Source: Macrostomum lignano (taxonomy: Eukaryota). From it: a stretch of 64,000 nt of DNA. Position numbers and translations under genes: made by a program. Positions 26,901 through 39,300 of the stretch are shown here, one piece after another. Positions within the stretch are counted from its first letter, which is position 1. Each line of letters begins with the position of its first letter. The notes under the pieces were generated by a model. It was not told the origin of the DNA. It saw only the letters and a list, made by a program, of their open reading frames with translations, and searched no databases. The DNA lies in the NCBI GenBank assembly GCA_002269645.1, contig NIVC01001969.1:33530-97529 (forward strand), written 5' to 3'.

Positions 26901-29900
26901 TTCCCTGCTATATTTTTACTATCCTACAATTTCATCCCCGCAAATAGGTCTCCTGGCCGCTATCTTGGGCACCCCGGCCGATCTGGTGAAGACTCGCGTC
27001 ATGAATGACTCATCCGGTCACCTGTACCGGGGCAGTCTGGACTGCTTGGTGCAGACTGTCAAACACGAGGGATTCTTCGCTCTGTACAAGGGCTTCGTGC
27101 CAATCTGGATGCGAATGGTGAGAGTTTACGCTTATTTAATTTGCTTCAATCTTTGATCATGTGGTTCCTTAATCCTAGTATTTGAAATTACAAAATAAAA
27201 GCGCACGTTCAGAGCTATTCTCAACTGGTCCCACGCCTATTATTTATCTAGCCCTTACGAAAAACCGCAATCTAACATTTCCCTGGGCCTGAACTAAAAC
27301 TACTTACAGTAGCATAATTCAGGGCTGTTCTAACTTTCTAACCTTATAACAGAAAGTCCCTAGCTAACATTTCCCTGAACTAAAACTATTTGTTGTTGTT
27401 AAACGGGGGTGGGAAGCTTAGCTACCCGCGGATCAGCCCAAGGGAGGGCTCTGCCGCGAGGGGCACTACCAGGTGCCAAGACATTAGCTGTTCAGGGCCC
27501 GAGATACTCCGAGAGACAAGGGAATTGGACCCGGCTCAAAGCGCGGGTGGGCGAAATTGACCCAAGCCTACGGTACAAGACACCGCCAAACCAACAGTGG
27601 AATCAGGGACGGTGCTAGGACCGAGTCCACCCAGGCCACCCCCCCCCCCCAGCTAGCGAGTCTTTGGGAGTGCGCAGAAAAATTGGAAAGCGAAATGCTT
27701 AGAATACTACTAAGAAAGCGGTCCGCGTGAGGAGTTACTCCTAAACCTGCAGAAATGGCTTAAACTATTGGAGCGAGTCTGGGCAGCTAGTTACCAAGAG
27801 CGATCCTATACAAGGTTCAGGGTCCCTGAAGGTCTCGAGCCTCAAGGCTTTTCACTACCCAGCTCTATTTTGGAGTGAGTCTGGAAGGCTTGTATCCGAG
27901 GGGGAGACTCTAGGCGGACATAGCAACACCTCTATTGCTACCAACCCAAGGGCATCGCCTATCCAGCTCATTATTGGGGGCCAGGCCAAGGGGTCAGGAG
28001 AGAGGCACCCAGGGCAAGAGGACTCCGGACTCAGCCGGTAGTCCCCGGTACGAGACGAACATCCTTCCCAGGTTGATTCCCAGGACAGTTAACAGTAGCA
28101 TAATTCAGGACTGTCCTAACTATCTCTCTACCTATAAAAGTCAAAACTCTGTCTGTGTGTGGACAATTTTGATCGCTATGGACTCCCAAACCGCTCAACC
28201 AAATTACACCTAACTTTACACCCACCCTAAACTTACTACGGAGAATGTCTTAGGCTACCTTAAAATTTCCTAAATTTGAGTCTTCCCACCTAAAAGTGCA
28301 AAAAACTGCTCAAAATGCGCGATTTTTTCACTAAATCCTCCATAGCGCCGCTCCACTTCTACCGATTCTCTTCAAATTTGACACAGGCAATTTTAAACTA
28401 TTTTGACACAATCGTGTAAAATTTCAAATCTCAAAGTTAATCCTGAAAGCCGCTGTGCACTTTTAAAGTTAGGCTGTTTTTTTCAGCGTAGCAACCACCC
28501 CAACCTCCGCCCGCCTGCCTCTCTTTCCCGATCTGGGCCCAGATGTGTAAAAGGGGTTTCAAAATTGACTAACTTTCAGCTGCCATAAGTTTGCTCCACG
28601 TAAAGCGATTGACTTCAAACTTGACACAATTCTTTATTGACCCATTCTCTGTCTAAATGTAAAGTTTCAACTCTGTAGCTCAACCGAAAAAGAAACTGTA
28701 AGCATGTGAAGTTTGTCTGCTTTTTCTGTTGTTTGTGCCACTCACTCACTCATTCCCCCAGAGCCAGACGAAGGGTCAGGCGATAGGACTGAATGTACAT
28801 AGCGAATGTACAGTGTTTTGGAATAACTTTTTAATAGCCTTCTCTGTACCCCCGCGAGTGGAGAGGCGTGGAGAGGAGAGAGTTTAGATTCAATTTTAAA
28901 CCACTTTCCTTTCCTCTGAATAGACAAGTCTGCAGCAGTTAAACAAGGATGGCAAATCAAGGCGATGTGGGATGGTTTATAAAAATATCGAAAAATTAAT
29001 GAATAACTTATTACAATGCAATCCTACTAAATTAGTTACACCATAAAAATTTTAACATTAAGATTCGCATAAGGTACTTTAAAATTTAAATGGCCTCCTA
29101 AGAAATGCGTATTTCCATGGTTGTTAGACTGCTGCAGACTGTGGTGGTGGAGCTGGAGATATACAAAATTCTCTCAGCGCTGCTAATTGACCAGAAAGAT
29201 GACGTGATTAAAGCATGGGAAATGATAACAACCATGATAGTACTACGTCCCACAAACTGGCTTTCGAAGCAGGGATCGGCAGATTTTTATCTCAAAGGCC
29301 AGATAAAGAATCCAGCTCATGGCTACGGGCCAGATGAGAGTGAAAAGGAAAAGGAATAGACTATTAGAAAGGGAGAAGGGCGAGAGGGGATAAAAGAAAA
29401 GATAGAAGATAACAGGAGAGACGTACGAGGAGGTTGAGGAGAGAGCAGAGAATATGGGACGAAGAAGCGAGAGGAGGGGAGAGAGAAGGGAGAGGAAATA
29501 GTAGAGGTGAGAAGATGGAGAGAGAAGAGGGGAGAGATGAGACAGAGGATCGATGAGAGAGGAGAGTAGAGAAGAGTGAGATGAGAGAACAAAGAGGAGA
29601 TGAGAGTATCGAGAGGGGGGATTAGAAAGGATAGAGGAGAGGAGATAAGAGGGGGAGAGACGAGTGAGAAGAGAGAAGATAGAGATGAGAGAGAGAGAGT
29701 TGAGAAAGAAGAGAGGACAAAGGAGAGATGATAGAGTAAAGGGAAGAGGAGAAGAGAGGAAAGAGATGAGATTGTAGAGATGAGTGAGATGAAAGGAAAT
29801 ATGAGAGAGTAGAGTAGAGATGAGAGATGAAGGAAGAGAGAGCAGAGTGCGGAGAGACGAGAAAAGAGAATAGAGGGGAGAGAGTATAAAAGAGGGAAGA

Positions 29901-31278
29901 GAAGAGAGGAGTAAGGAAAGAGAGGAGTCAGAAGAGGGGAAAGAGAATAGTACACAGTAGAGAGGAGAGTAGAGATGACAGAAGAGAGAGGGGAATGAGA
30001 GAGCAAAGATGAGAGTGAACAGACGATATAAGAGAGGAGAGAGGAGAGTGAGAGAGAAGAGAGAAGACAAGAGAGGGAGAGAGTATAGAAGAGAGAAGAG
30101 AAGAGACGAGAAGAAAGAAGAAAGGATCGAGTCCTCCTGAGTCAAAAAGGGGAAAGAGAGGAGTACAAGGGGAGAGAGGTGAGAGAACATATGAGAGTAA
30201 AGATGACAGATAAGAGAGGGGAGATGAGAGAGCAGAAACGAGAGTGAACAGACGAGAGATGGGAGAGTAGAGAGAAAAGAGGAGAGATAAGAAATAAGGG
30301 ATGAGAGGTGTAGACAAGGGAGAGATGAGAAGTGAGTGAGGAGAGAGGAGGGGAAGGGAGAGAATCGAGAGGACAGGGGAAATTGGTGAAAAGGACCAGA
30401 GAGGAGAGGAAAGAGGGGAGAGAAGAGAGAGAAGAGAGATAGGATAGGAGAGAGCAGAGAGATGAGAGGAGAGAGTGGACAGAGGAGAGGAAAGAGTTGA
30501 GAGAAGAGAGGAAAAAGGAGAGAGTAGAGATAAGGAAAGTGTTGAGAGAGGGTAGAGTAAGGAGTGAGAAGAGAGGTGAGGGAAGAGAGAGCAGAGAGCA
30601 GAGGGAGAGAGAGTAGAGAGCAGAGAGAAATGAGAAAAGATAAAACAGGAGAAAGGAGATATGAGAGACCAGAGACCAGAGCAAAGAGAGGAGAAGAGAG
30701 AGAAAAGAATAGAGGGGAGAGGGAAGAGACGAGAGAGGAGACGAGAGAGGAGAGAAGAAAGAAGAGATAAGAGGGGAGAGAGAGAAGAGACGAGAGAGAA
30801 GATAGGAAACAGAAAAGAAGATGGAAGTTTCAAAGGATGCAAAGGACATAGGGAGAGGCAGAGGTACGTAGAGGCCAGAGTTTGCCTGACATTCTGTGCA
30901 GCACCCCAGCCAACAATATCAATTTTTGCCTCAAATCCTAATTATATGAATGTACACTATTTTATGTTTAACTCTATCCTAACTATAACAAGGGAACAAG
31001 TTTTTGTTTGAGTTTTACCTCAGATTTTAGAATACATGCAAAAATAATTCCGGGGAATGGAGTTCCCCGGGTTCAAAATTCACGGGTTTCAACAGCTTGT
31101 CTAACCATATTACAGAAAGCCCTTGCTAACATTTCCCTGAACTAAAACTACTTACAGTAGCATAATTTAAGACTATCCTAACTATCAAACTATCTAACTT
31201 CTTCAGGCGCCCTGGTCTCTGACTTTCTGGGTGTCCTATGAGGAGATACGCAGAATCACCGGTCTTTCATCGTTTTAA
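23928..31278 (+). CDS. SLC25A27: Mitochondrial uncoupling protein 4 (SLC25 carrier), 6 exons, 317 aa
   Basis: Exons 23928-24000, 24462-24632, 25304-25512, 26386-26644, 26948-27117 and 31207-31278. All junctions are GT-AG, phases are consistent and the total is 954 nt. Three carrier signatures (YPLDLTKTR, SPADLVKV, TPADLVKTR) plus UCP4 motifs (WLPNVQRACLVNMADMMAYD, APWSLTFWVSYEEIR). Confidence 0.95.
24095..24408. repeat. 23-bp minisatellite in UCP4 intron 1
   Basis: Unit tagttcactgaaattcaatggga, ~13 copies. Confidence 0.93.
24735..25275. repeat. 16-bp minisatellite in UCP4 intron 2
   Basis: Units tcatgatttatgacta and tcgtgatttatgaatg. Confidence 0.92.
25695..26300. repeat. Degenerate (AAAC/AATC)n low-complexity tract in UCP4 intron 3
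   Basis: Runs of aaac, aatc and aaat. Confidence 0.9.
27389..28091. mobile_element. Unclassified ~700-bp GC-rich insertion in UCP4 intron 5
   Basis: Splits the local unit aactaaaacta|cttacagtagcataatt (intact near 27293 and 31140); begins with a ttgttgttgtt tract. Confidence 0.5.
29270..30896. repeat. ~1.5-kb purine-rich (GA) cryptic simple sequence bracketed by hAT/Charlie-like terminal motifs
   Basis: Near-pure G/A strand 29340-30830. Left end cagggatcggcagattttt...ggccagat and right end ggccagagtttgcctgacattctg resemble MER58/Charlie TIRs. No TSD. Confidence 0.7.
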
Positions 31279-31493
31279 TCGCACGACGCGTTGCGGGTTG
31301 CTATGGCGCTTGCACTGACCATTAAATTTGAATTGTTTCACTCTGTTGATATAAAAATTGTGTTGCTTGTTAGGGTTGTCTTTATTCAGGTTCTGCTTTG
31401 CTATTTTTCTATATGTGTTTGTATGTGCGTTATTGTGCTATTTTTTGTTTTCTATTTTTGTATGGATCAATGTCAACTGCAAAGCTCCTTCCA

Positions 31494-32697
31494 GAGTGTC
31501 AGTTGCTGGGCCAGCCTCCCAGAGTGTCAGTTGCTGGGCCAGCCTCCAAGAGTGTCAGTTGCTGGGCCAGCCTCCCAGAGTGTCAGTTGCTGGGCCAGCC
31601 TCCCAGAGTGTCAGTTGCTGGGCCAGCCTCTCAGAGTATCAGTTGCTGGGCCAGCCTCTCAGAGTGTCAGTTGCTGGGCCAGCCTCCCAGAGTGTCAGTT
31701 GCTGGGCCAGCCTCCCAGAGTGTCAGTTGCTGGGCCAGCCTCCCAGAGTATCAGTTGCTGGGCCAGCCTCTCAGAGTGTCAGTTGCTGGGCCAGCCTCCC
31801 AGAGTGTCAGTTGCTGGGCCAGCCTCCCAGAGTGTTAGTTGCTGGGCCAGCCTCCCAGAGTGTTAGTTGCTGGGCCAGCCTCCCAGAGTGTCAGTTGCTG
31901 GGCCAGCCTCCCAGAGTGTCAGTTGCTGGGCCAGCCTCCCAGATCCTCAGTTGCTGGGCCAGCCTCCCAGATCCTCAGTTGCTGGGCCAGCCTCCCAGAG
32001 TGTCAGTTGCTGGGCCAGCCTCCCAGATCCTCAGTTGCTGGCTGGGCCAGCCTCCCAGAGTGTCAATTGCTGGCTGGGCCAGCCTCTCAGAGTGTCAGAT
32101 GCTGGGCCAGCCTTCCAGAGTGTCAGTTGCTGGGCCCGCCTCTCAGTGTCAGTTGCTGGGCCAGCCTCCTAGAGTGTCAGTTACTGGGGCAGCCTCCCAG
32201 ATCCGCGGTTGCTGGGGCAGCCTCCCAGATCTTCGGTTGCTGGGGCAGCCTCCCAGATCCTCAGTTGCTGGGGCAGCCTCCCAGATCTTCGGTTGCTGGG
32301 GCAGCCTCCCAGATCCTCGGTTGCTGGGGCAGCCTCCTAGAGTGTCAGTTGCTGAGCCAGCCTCTCAGTGGCAGTTGCTGGGCCAGCCTCCCAGATCCTC
32401 AGTTGCTGGCTGGGCCAGCCTCCTAGAGTGTCAGTTACTGGGGCAGCCTCCCAGATCCTCGGTTGCTGGGGCAGCCTCCCAGATCTTCGGTTGCTGGGGC
32501 AGCCTCCCAGATCCTCAGTTGCTGGGGCAGCCTCCCAGATCTTCGGTTGCTGGGGCAGCCTCCCAGATCCTCGGTTGCTGGGGCAGCCTCCTAGAGTGTC
32601 AGTTGCTGAGCCAGCCTCTCAGTGGCAGTTGCTGGGCCAGCCTCCCAGATCCTCAGTTGCTGGGGCAGCCTCCCAGATCCTCAGTTGCTGGGCCGGC
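31494..32697. repeat. 28-bp GC-rich minisatellite downstream of the UCP4 stop
   Basis: Unit gtcagttgctgggccagcctcccagagt, grading into ...ggggcagcctcccagatcctc variants. Confidence 0.95.
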
Positions 32698-33472
32698 AGG
32701 CACAATCTTCCCATTCTTCCCATTAGCTTCTGTAAGTGTTTTTCATTCATTTATGGAATCGAATCGAATCACAAATTTAAATTCTGTTTCTATTAAGTGA
32801 TTTTTAAAACGCAAATTCGTTGCATACTTCAGGTGAGACTTATGATGAGGTTAAAAAAGTATTTATGTTTTTCTAAAGAAAGGTACTGACGTATTTTTCT
32901 GTCACTTTAACCACTAGGTATAAAATTTTAAAAAAGAATCGCCTTATAGTATTTGTAGCTTAACACAAAAAGTCGCTGAAAGTTTATGGGTCGAGAATCG
33001 CAAGTCACAACCTCATAGACAATTGCCCATCGACCCAGACCCAGGCACTATCCCGTAGTCTCCCTTGTCTGTCTTTCTAGACGTGATTTGCACTTTAGTT
33101 TGCTTTCGTTTTGATTTTGCTCGATATTTCATTCAACCAAATCGCTGCTATTGCCACGAATCGCATTTTTTATCGATAAAATTACAACTTTGTAAAGTTA
33201 AAAAATTCAATAACTATGCTTATAGTAGTATTTCTAGTTCACTATTAAACAGAATAAATCTGGTGAAATCAGTGCATGATATCATTGGTTCAATTTCATT
33301 AGCAACTTCTAACTTGATGACTGATTGACTTACTAAAGTACTAGTCAAATCTATGCCACTTTTGAAAGAGAAGCGTTTTTCATTTGATTATTTTAGAAAG
33401 TTGTTATAACGATGGTCGGTCTATGATTTTCTGATAAAAAGAGATATAGATGGATACATCTACGCTCGTGTT

Positions 33473-33581
33473 GACAGACAGGTAAAGACTGAGACAGATA
33501 AACAACGACAGACAGGCAGGCCGGCAGACAGACAGACACTAAGACAGACAGATGGATAGACAGACAGATAGACAGACAGAC

Positions 33582-33616
<35 letters not shown>

Positions 33617-33642
33617 TAGACAGACAGACAGACAGACAGATG

Positions 33643-33690
<48 letters not shown>

Positions 33691-34063
33691 CTAAGACAGA
33701 CCAGACAGACAGACAGACAGACAGACACTAAGACTGACAGATGGATAGACAGATAGACAGACAGATAGACAGACAGACAGATAGACAGACAGACAGACAG
33801 ACAGATAGACAGACAGACAGACATACAGATGGACAGACAGACAGACAGACAGACAGACCGACAGACAGATAGACAGACAGACAGACAGACAGATAGACAG
33901 ACAGACAGACAGACAGACCGACATAGACAGACAGTAGACAGACAGACAGAAAGATAGACAGGTAGATAGACGGACAGACGAATACATAGAAGGACAGGCA
34001 GACAGACGGGTAAGGCAGACAGATACACACAAGGACAGGCAGACAGACAGAGGTAGGCAGACA
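33473..34063. repeat. (GACA)n microsatellite
   Basis: gaca/gata repeats; source of ORFs 33393-34093. Confidence 0.96.
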
Positions 34064-34235
34064 ATCAGCAAACCTCGAGTGCGCTTCGAACATCTACAAA
34101 TGCAAAAGAAAACAATTTTTGAGATGAATATCTTGTGAATCGGCAGCGCAGCTGGTATATTATAAGCAGTGGAATTTATCGTTGATATTTTTCTCTTGCT
34201 TTTTCCGTGTCAAAAGTCATCGGCTTGCTTTCTCG

Positions 34236-34542
34236 TCACTTCCGTCCGTCATTGTGGCTGCGATGTCGCCCGCGTTTGAACCTGTATTATTAGAGTGCTA
34301 AGTTGAGTACTTGTGCTAGGTTAAAGTTCAGCTACAGTCGGGGTTGGCCAGCGGTCTCACCTGGGCCGGCTGATGGTCGATAGCAGGTGGCTCATCTGGC
34401 GCAGGTAGCTCTCCAAAGATTCGACATCGTTGAAAACTTCGGGTATGGCCAGCAGGCGAAGGTCGCTTCCATGGCTGTTGACAACCAGGTGGGACCCAAC
34501 GAGCATCATGAGCAGAATTAGTGTATGCCTGATGCTGGGCAT
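34236..34542 (-). CDS. NPF: Neuropeptide F (NPY-family) precursor, 2 coding exons, 75 aa
   Basis: Exons 34542-34361 and 34281-34236 with a 79-nt GT-AG intron inside the Arg codon of RPR|F, the conserved NPY/NPF position. Protein MPSIRHTLILLMMLVGSHLVVNSHG-SDLRLLAIPEVFNDVESLESYLRQMSHLLSTISRPRF-KR-GRHRSHNDGRK. Signal peptide present; 37-aa mature peptide with Tyr 17th from the C-terminus. Confidence 0.88.
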
Positions 34543-35034
34543 TGCTTTGCGAGTTGGAATTATTCGTGAGTTCTTCCAGATCCCAGCGCTCTGTTCAATA
34601 GCCACTACTTTCTGGAGAGAGTTGCATTTATAATGTCGGAGCTAAAATTTTATGACGCCTCAAATTGAATGAGTCGGGTCGCAGCAGTTCCAGACTGGAC
34701 CATGATTGAAACAGTCACTAACAGCTGGATTTGGCAGCTCTGTTGGATGAGCGATTGCTCCGTTGTCTGGACGAGTCGCTCAGAACTGCTGCAGACGTGC
34801 TGCTGACGACAGACACAGATACTACTGGGTTTAGAATGTATCGCCTCTTCAGCTCAATCAGGCACGCGGCACTGCACTCGAAAGTGCTGGCTTGTGGTTT
34901 TTTATTTGCTAGTCTTGATTTTCTTTGCTGTCCTGCGCAAAAGGATTGATGCACTGATTACCATTGTTTGCGAAGCTAAGTTAGTTGAAGCTTCTCTTGT
35001 AAATATGAAAGTTATGGCTCTCAAAAGCATTAAC

Positions 35035-36233
35035 TTCTGATGTTGGTTTCAACCTTCTGATGTTGGTTCCAACCTTCTGATGTTGGTTCCAACCTTCTGA
35101 TGTTGGTTCCAACCTGATGTTGGTTCCAACCTTCTGATGTTGGTTCCAACCTGATGTTGGTTCCCACCTTCTGATGTTGGTTCCAACCTGATGTTGGTTC
35201 CCACCTTCTGATGTTGGTTCCAACCTTCTGATTTTGGTTCCAACCTTCTTATGTTGGTTTAAACCTGATGTTGGTTCCCACCTTCTGATGTTGGTTCCCA
35301 CCTTCTGATGTTGGTTCCAACCTTCTTATGTTGGTTTAAACCTTTTGATGTTGGTTCCAACCTTCTTATGTTGGTTTAAACCTTTTGATGTTGGTTCCAA
35401 CCTTCTGATGTTAGTTTCAACCTGATGTTGGTTCCAACCTTCTGATGTTGGTTCCCACCTTCTGATGTTGGTTCCAACCTTCTGATTTTGGTTCCAACCT
35501 TCTTATGTTGGTTTAAACCTGATGTTGGTTCCAACCTTCTGATGTTGGTTCCAACCTTCTGATGTTGGTTCCCACCTTCTGATGTTGGTTCCAACCTTCT
35601 GATTTTGGTTCCAACCTTCTTATGTTGGTTTAAACCTGATGTTGGTTCCAACCTTCTGATGTTGGTTCCAACCTTCTGATGTTGGTTCCAACCTTCTGAT
35701 GTTGGTTCCAACCTTCTGATGTTGGTTCCAACCTTCTGGTGTTGGTTCCAACCTTCTTCTGATGTTGGTTCCCACCTACTGATGTTGGTCTCAACCTTTT
35801 GATGTTGGTTCAACCTTCTGATGTTGGTTCAAACCTTCTGATGTTGGTTCCAACCTTCTGATGTTGGTTCCCACCTACTGATGTTGGTTCCCACCTTCTG
35901 ATGTTGGTTCCAACCTTCTGGTGTTGGTTCCAACCTTCTTCTGATGTTGGTTCCCACCTACTGATGTTGGTCTCAACCTTCTGATGTTGGTTCCAACCTT
36001 CTGATGTTGGTTCAAACCTTCTGATGTTGGTTCCAACCTTCTGATGTTAGTTCCAACCTTCTTATGTTGGTTTAAACCTTTTGATGTTGGTTCCAACCTT
36101 CTTATGTTGGTTTAAACCTTTTGATGTTGGTTCCAAACTTCTGATGTTGGTTCCAACCTTCTGTTATTGGTTCCAACCTTCTGATGTTGGTTCCAACCTT
36201 CTGATGTTGGTTTAAACCTTCTGATGTTGGTTC
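35035..36233. repeat. 20-bp minisatellite (17/23-bp variants)
   Basis: Unit ttccaaccttctgatgttgg. Confidence 0.96.
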
Positions 36234-36357
36234 TAAGGTAAGGCAAGGCGTGAAAATCAAATAACTAAAACCATTTTAAAATCTATTTATTAAGCGCAAG
36301 GCAACCAAATAAACTGAAACTGAAATTATTGAAAAGAAAGTATTTACAGATTTGAGT

Positions 36358-39300
36358 TCAACGGCGCAGCTCTTGGCAGAAGTACTCCATGTAGACGCTT
36401 GCTGTGCTCGGGTACTCATCAGTGACATCGTCCAGGCTGGTCCCGTCGTCACTTGTAGCGAATCTGTCATACTCGGCGATGTTCCGTCGCATTCGCTCCA
36501 CCACTTCGTCCGGTATGATCATGCCGAAGCTCTCCTTGGACAGCTTCGCTAGTCGACACTTGTCGAGAGCTCGGCAAGTCGCAGCTCGGTTCTCGCTGAG
36601 GACCAGGGCTCGCTCGCCGAAGAATTGGCCTCGACCGATGCGCTTCACCTGCCGATTGCCGATGAGCGCCTCAACTTCGCCTGTCATCACGAAGAACATG
36701 GCGTCTCCCGGTTCGCCCTGACGGCAGAGCACTTCGCCAGCCTCTGTGTTGACAATCTCGATGCTGTCAATTAGCCGATTGACCAGGCTGGGACTGAGAT
36801 GGCTGCAGAACAGTGGAATCGATTTGATCATCTGCTCGAATCGTTCGGCGTTGAATATGGCGCGTCGCTGCTTGAGCCAGGCGTAGCGAAGCGCGTTCAG
36901 CACCCATAATGCGCCGTCGGTGAGGGCTGTGACGGTGGCCGCTCTGGGTCGCTGGTTGATCAGGGAGAGCTCACCTATATAGTCAAATTGTTGTTTGGCT
37001 TAGTTTGACATACATGTAACTGCATGCAACTGTACAAAAAGTACCATTACAATGATTCATGCAAGATGACAATCTATATGTAATCATAGCATTGAGCAAG
37101 ATGACATTCTATGTAATCATAGCATTGAGCAAGATGACATTCTATGTAATCATAGCATTGAGCAAGATGACAATCTATATGTAATCATAGCATTGAGCAA
37201 GATGACATTCTATGTAATCATAGCATTGAGCAAGATGACAATCTATATGTAATCATAGCATTGAGCAAGATGACAATCTATATGTAATCATAGCATTGAG
37301 CAAGATGACATTCTATGTAATCATAGCATTGAGCAAGATGACATTCTATGTAATCATAGCATTGAGCAAGATGACATTCTATGTAATCATAGCATTGAGC
37401 AAGATGACAATCTATATGTAATCATAGCATTGAGCAAGATGACATTCTATGTAATCATAGCATTGAGCAAGATAACAATCTATGTTCTCATAGCATTGAG
37501 CAAGATGACTATCCATGTTCTGATCAAATTGAGCAAGATGACAATCTATGTACTCATAGAATTGAGCAAGATGGCAATCTATATGTAAACATCGAATTGA
37601 GCAAGATGACAATCTATGTTCTCATAGGAATTGAGCAAGATAGCAATCTATATGTAAACATCGAATTGAGCAAGATGACAATCTATGTTCTAATAGCATT
37701 GAGCAAGATGGCAATCTATGTTCTCATAGCATTGAGCAAGATGGCAATCTATGTTCTCATAGCATTGAGCAAGATGACTATCCATGTTCTCATCGAATTG
37801 AGCAAGATGACAATCTATGTTCTCATAGAATTGAGCAAGATGGCAATCTATATGTAAACATCGAATTGAGCAAGATGACAATCTATGTTCTCATAGGAAT
37901 TGAGCAAGATGGCAATCTATGTTCTCATAGCATTGAGCAAGTTGACAATCTATGTTCTCATAGCATTGAGCAAGATGACTATCTATTTTTATGATCAAAT
38001 CGAGCTCATGACGACAATCTTAGCGCACTTCAAATCGCGGATGATGGCAGCCAGTGCTTTTATGCTCACCAAAGTATCCCTCATTCTCGTACTCTCGCAG
38101 AATCTGCTCAGGATTTTCCGATTCGTCGATTGAAAATTTCGACACCGTTTGGCAACGGAATCGGCCTCGCTTAACAACGTAGAAGGCGTCGCCCACGTCG
38201 CCGCAGTGTATGATGACCTCGCCGCTGCGCACCGGCTTGTTGTACATGTACTCGACTACCTTCTGGAGTTTTTTTGTTGGAGAGCGGTACTACGCTAAAT
38301 TAGGACGCTGTTACATCATATCAGCTGGGCATAGCCGCATAAGAGTAGTTTGTAGGGCCTCTGCACGTGTTATACGAGTTATATTGAGGTGTAGTTTAGG
38401 CGAAATTTAAGTCGCCTTAAACTTCTTGTACTTAAGCCAGTGAAGGTGTACTAAATGCATCAATTTTTCGACCCCAAGCCTTAGGACCCCTCATTACCAT
38501 CTTGCACTTCTTGGTTTTTATGGATACATGGATTCGGATTAAGGACAGGAGTTTAAATCTCATAAAATTAACGCCCTCAAAGACTCCTTCCTGTAGAGAT
38601 GAGATCATAATCCTATCCTATGATAATATCTTATATCTAAAGCTGAGTGGATCGATCGACCGGCCGGGTTTAACGCGTATCTCCTCCTAGACGGCTGGCA
38701 ACTCAAATGCGGGACTTATATATATCAATGCAGAATTTTCCTACGCAACAAATAGGCTATTTTAATGTTAAAAAATTAAAAGTTAAGTCCGTTAAAAAAG
38801 CAGAAAACTGTTTTCTTAACCTTCTTTGGCCACTTTGCCTCTTCAGTGGAGGGGTAGTGGCATAATTGTAAAAACAACCACCCCAACCTCCCCCCGCAGG
38901 TCGCTGTGTATTGGAGGGGTGGGTGACGCGTGTTCTGGGTTCAATGCTAATAAAACCCCGCGTGTTGGGGGTGCAGTAAAATTTTATGATTCCCCCGGAA
39001 TAGGGGGGGGGTTGGTTTGGGCTGAGTGTACATAGCAAAGTACATTGTAAGCAGATAGATATGACTGTGTCGAGATCGGCGTCTTTCAAAAGGCAGCCCT
39101 GTGTATTAGCTGGGCAGTGAAATTCAATGAATAAACTTGCGAGCCTCTTACTGTAGGAGGCAGTGACTGTACACTCGATACTTCAATGCTTTAAATCAGG
39201 AAGTTCAAAGGCTAACTGTTCCTTGAGTTTTAAGCTTTAAGAGGAGAGAATTATATTGCTGGAAAGATCTTGCAACGCTGAGTTTGGGGATATAAGTTAT

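Noticed and set aside
29243-34093. L/S-rich, CQLLGQPP-repeat and SVCL-repeat ORFs
   Set aside because: They are translations of GA tracts, the 28-bp minisatellite and (GACA)n. They lie in a UCP4 intron or intergenic DNA.
34070-34093. Alternative NPF exon 2 acceptor giving RPR-C-S-KR
   Set aside because: It is more distal and lacks Phe and Gly, and the frame runs into the (GACA)n tract. The proximal acceptor at 34281 restores RPRF.
34731-34949. 72-aa plus-strand ORF (MAALLDERLL...)
   Set aside because: No recognisable domain or splice partners. The region fits better as a non-coding 5' exon or promoter of the minus-strand NPF gene.
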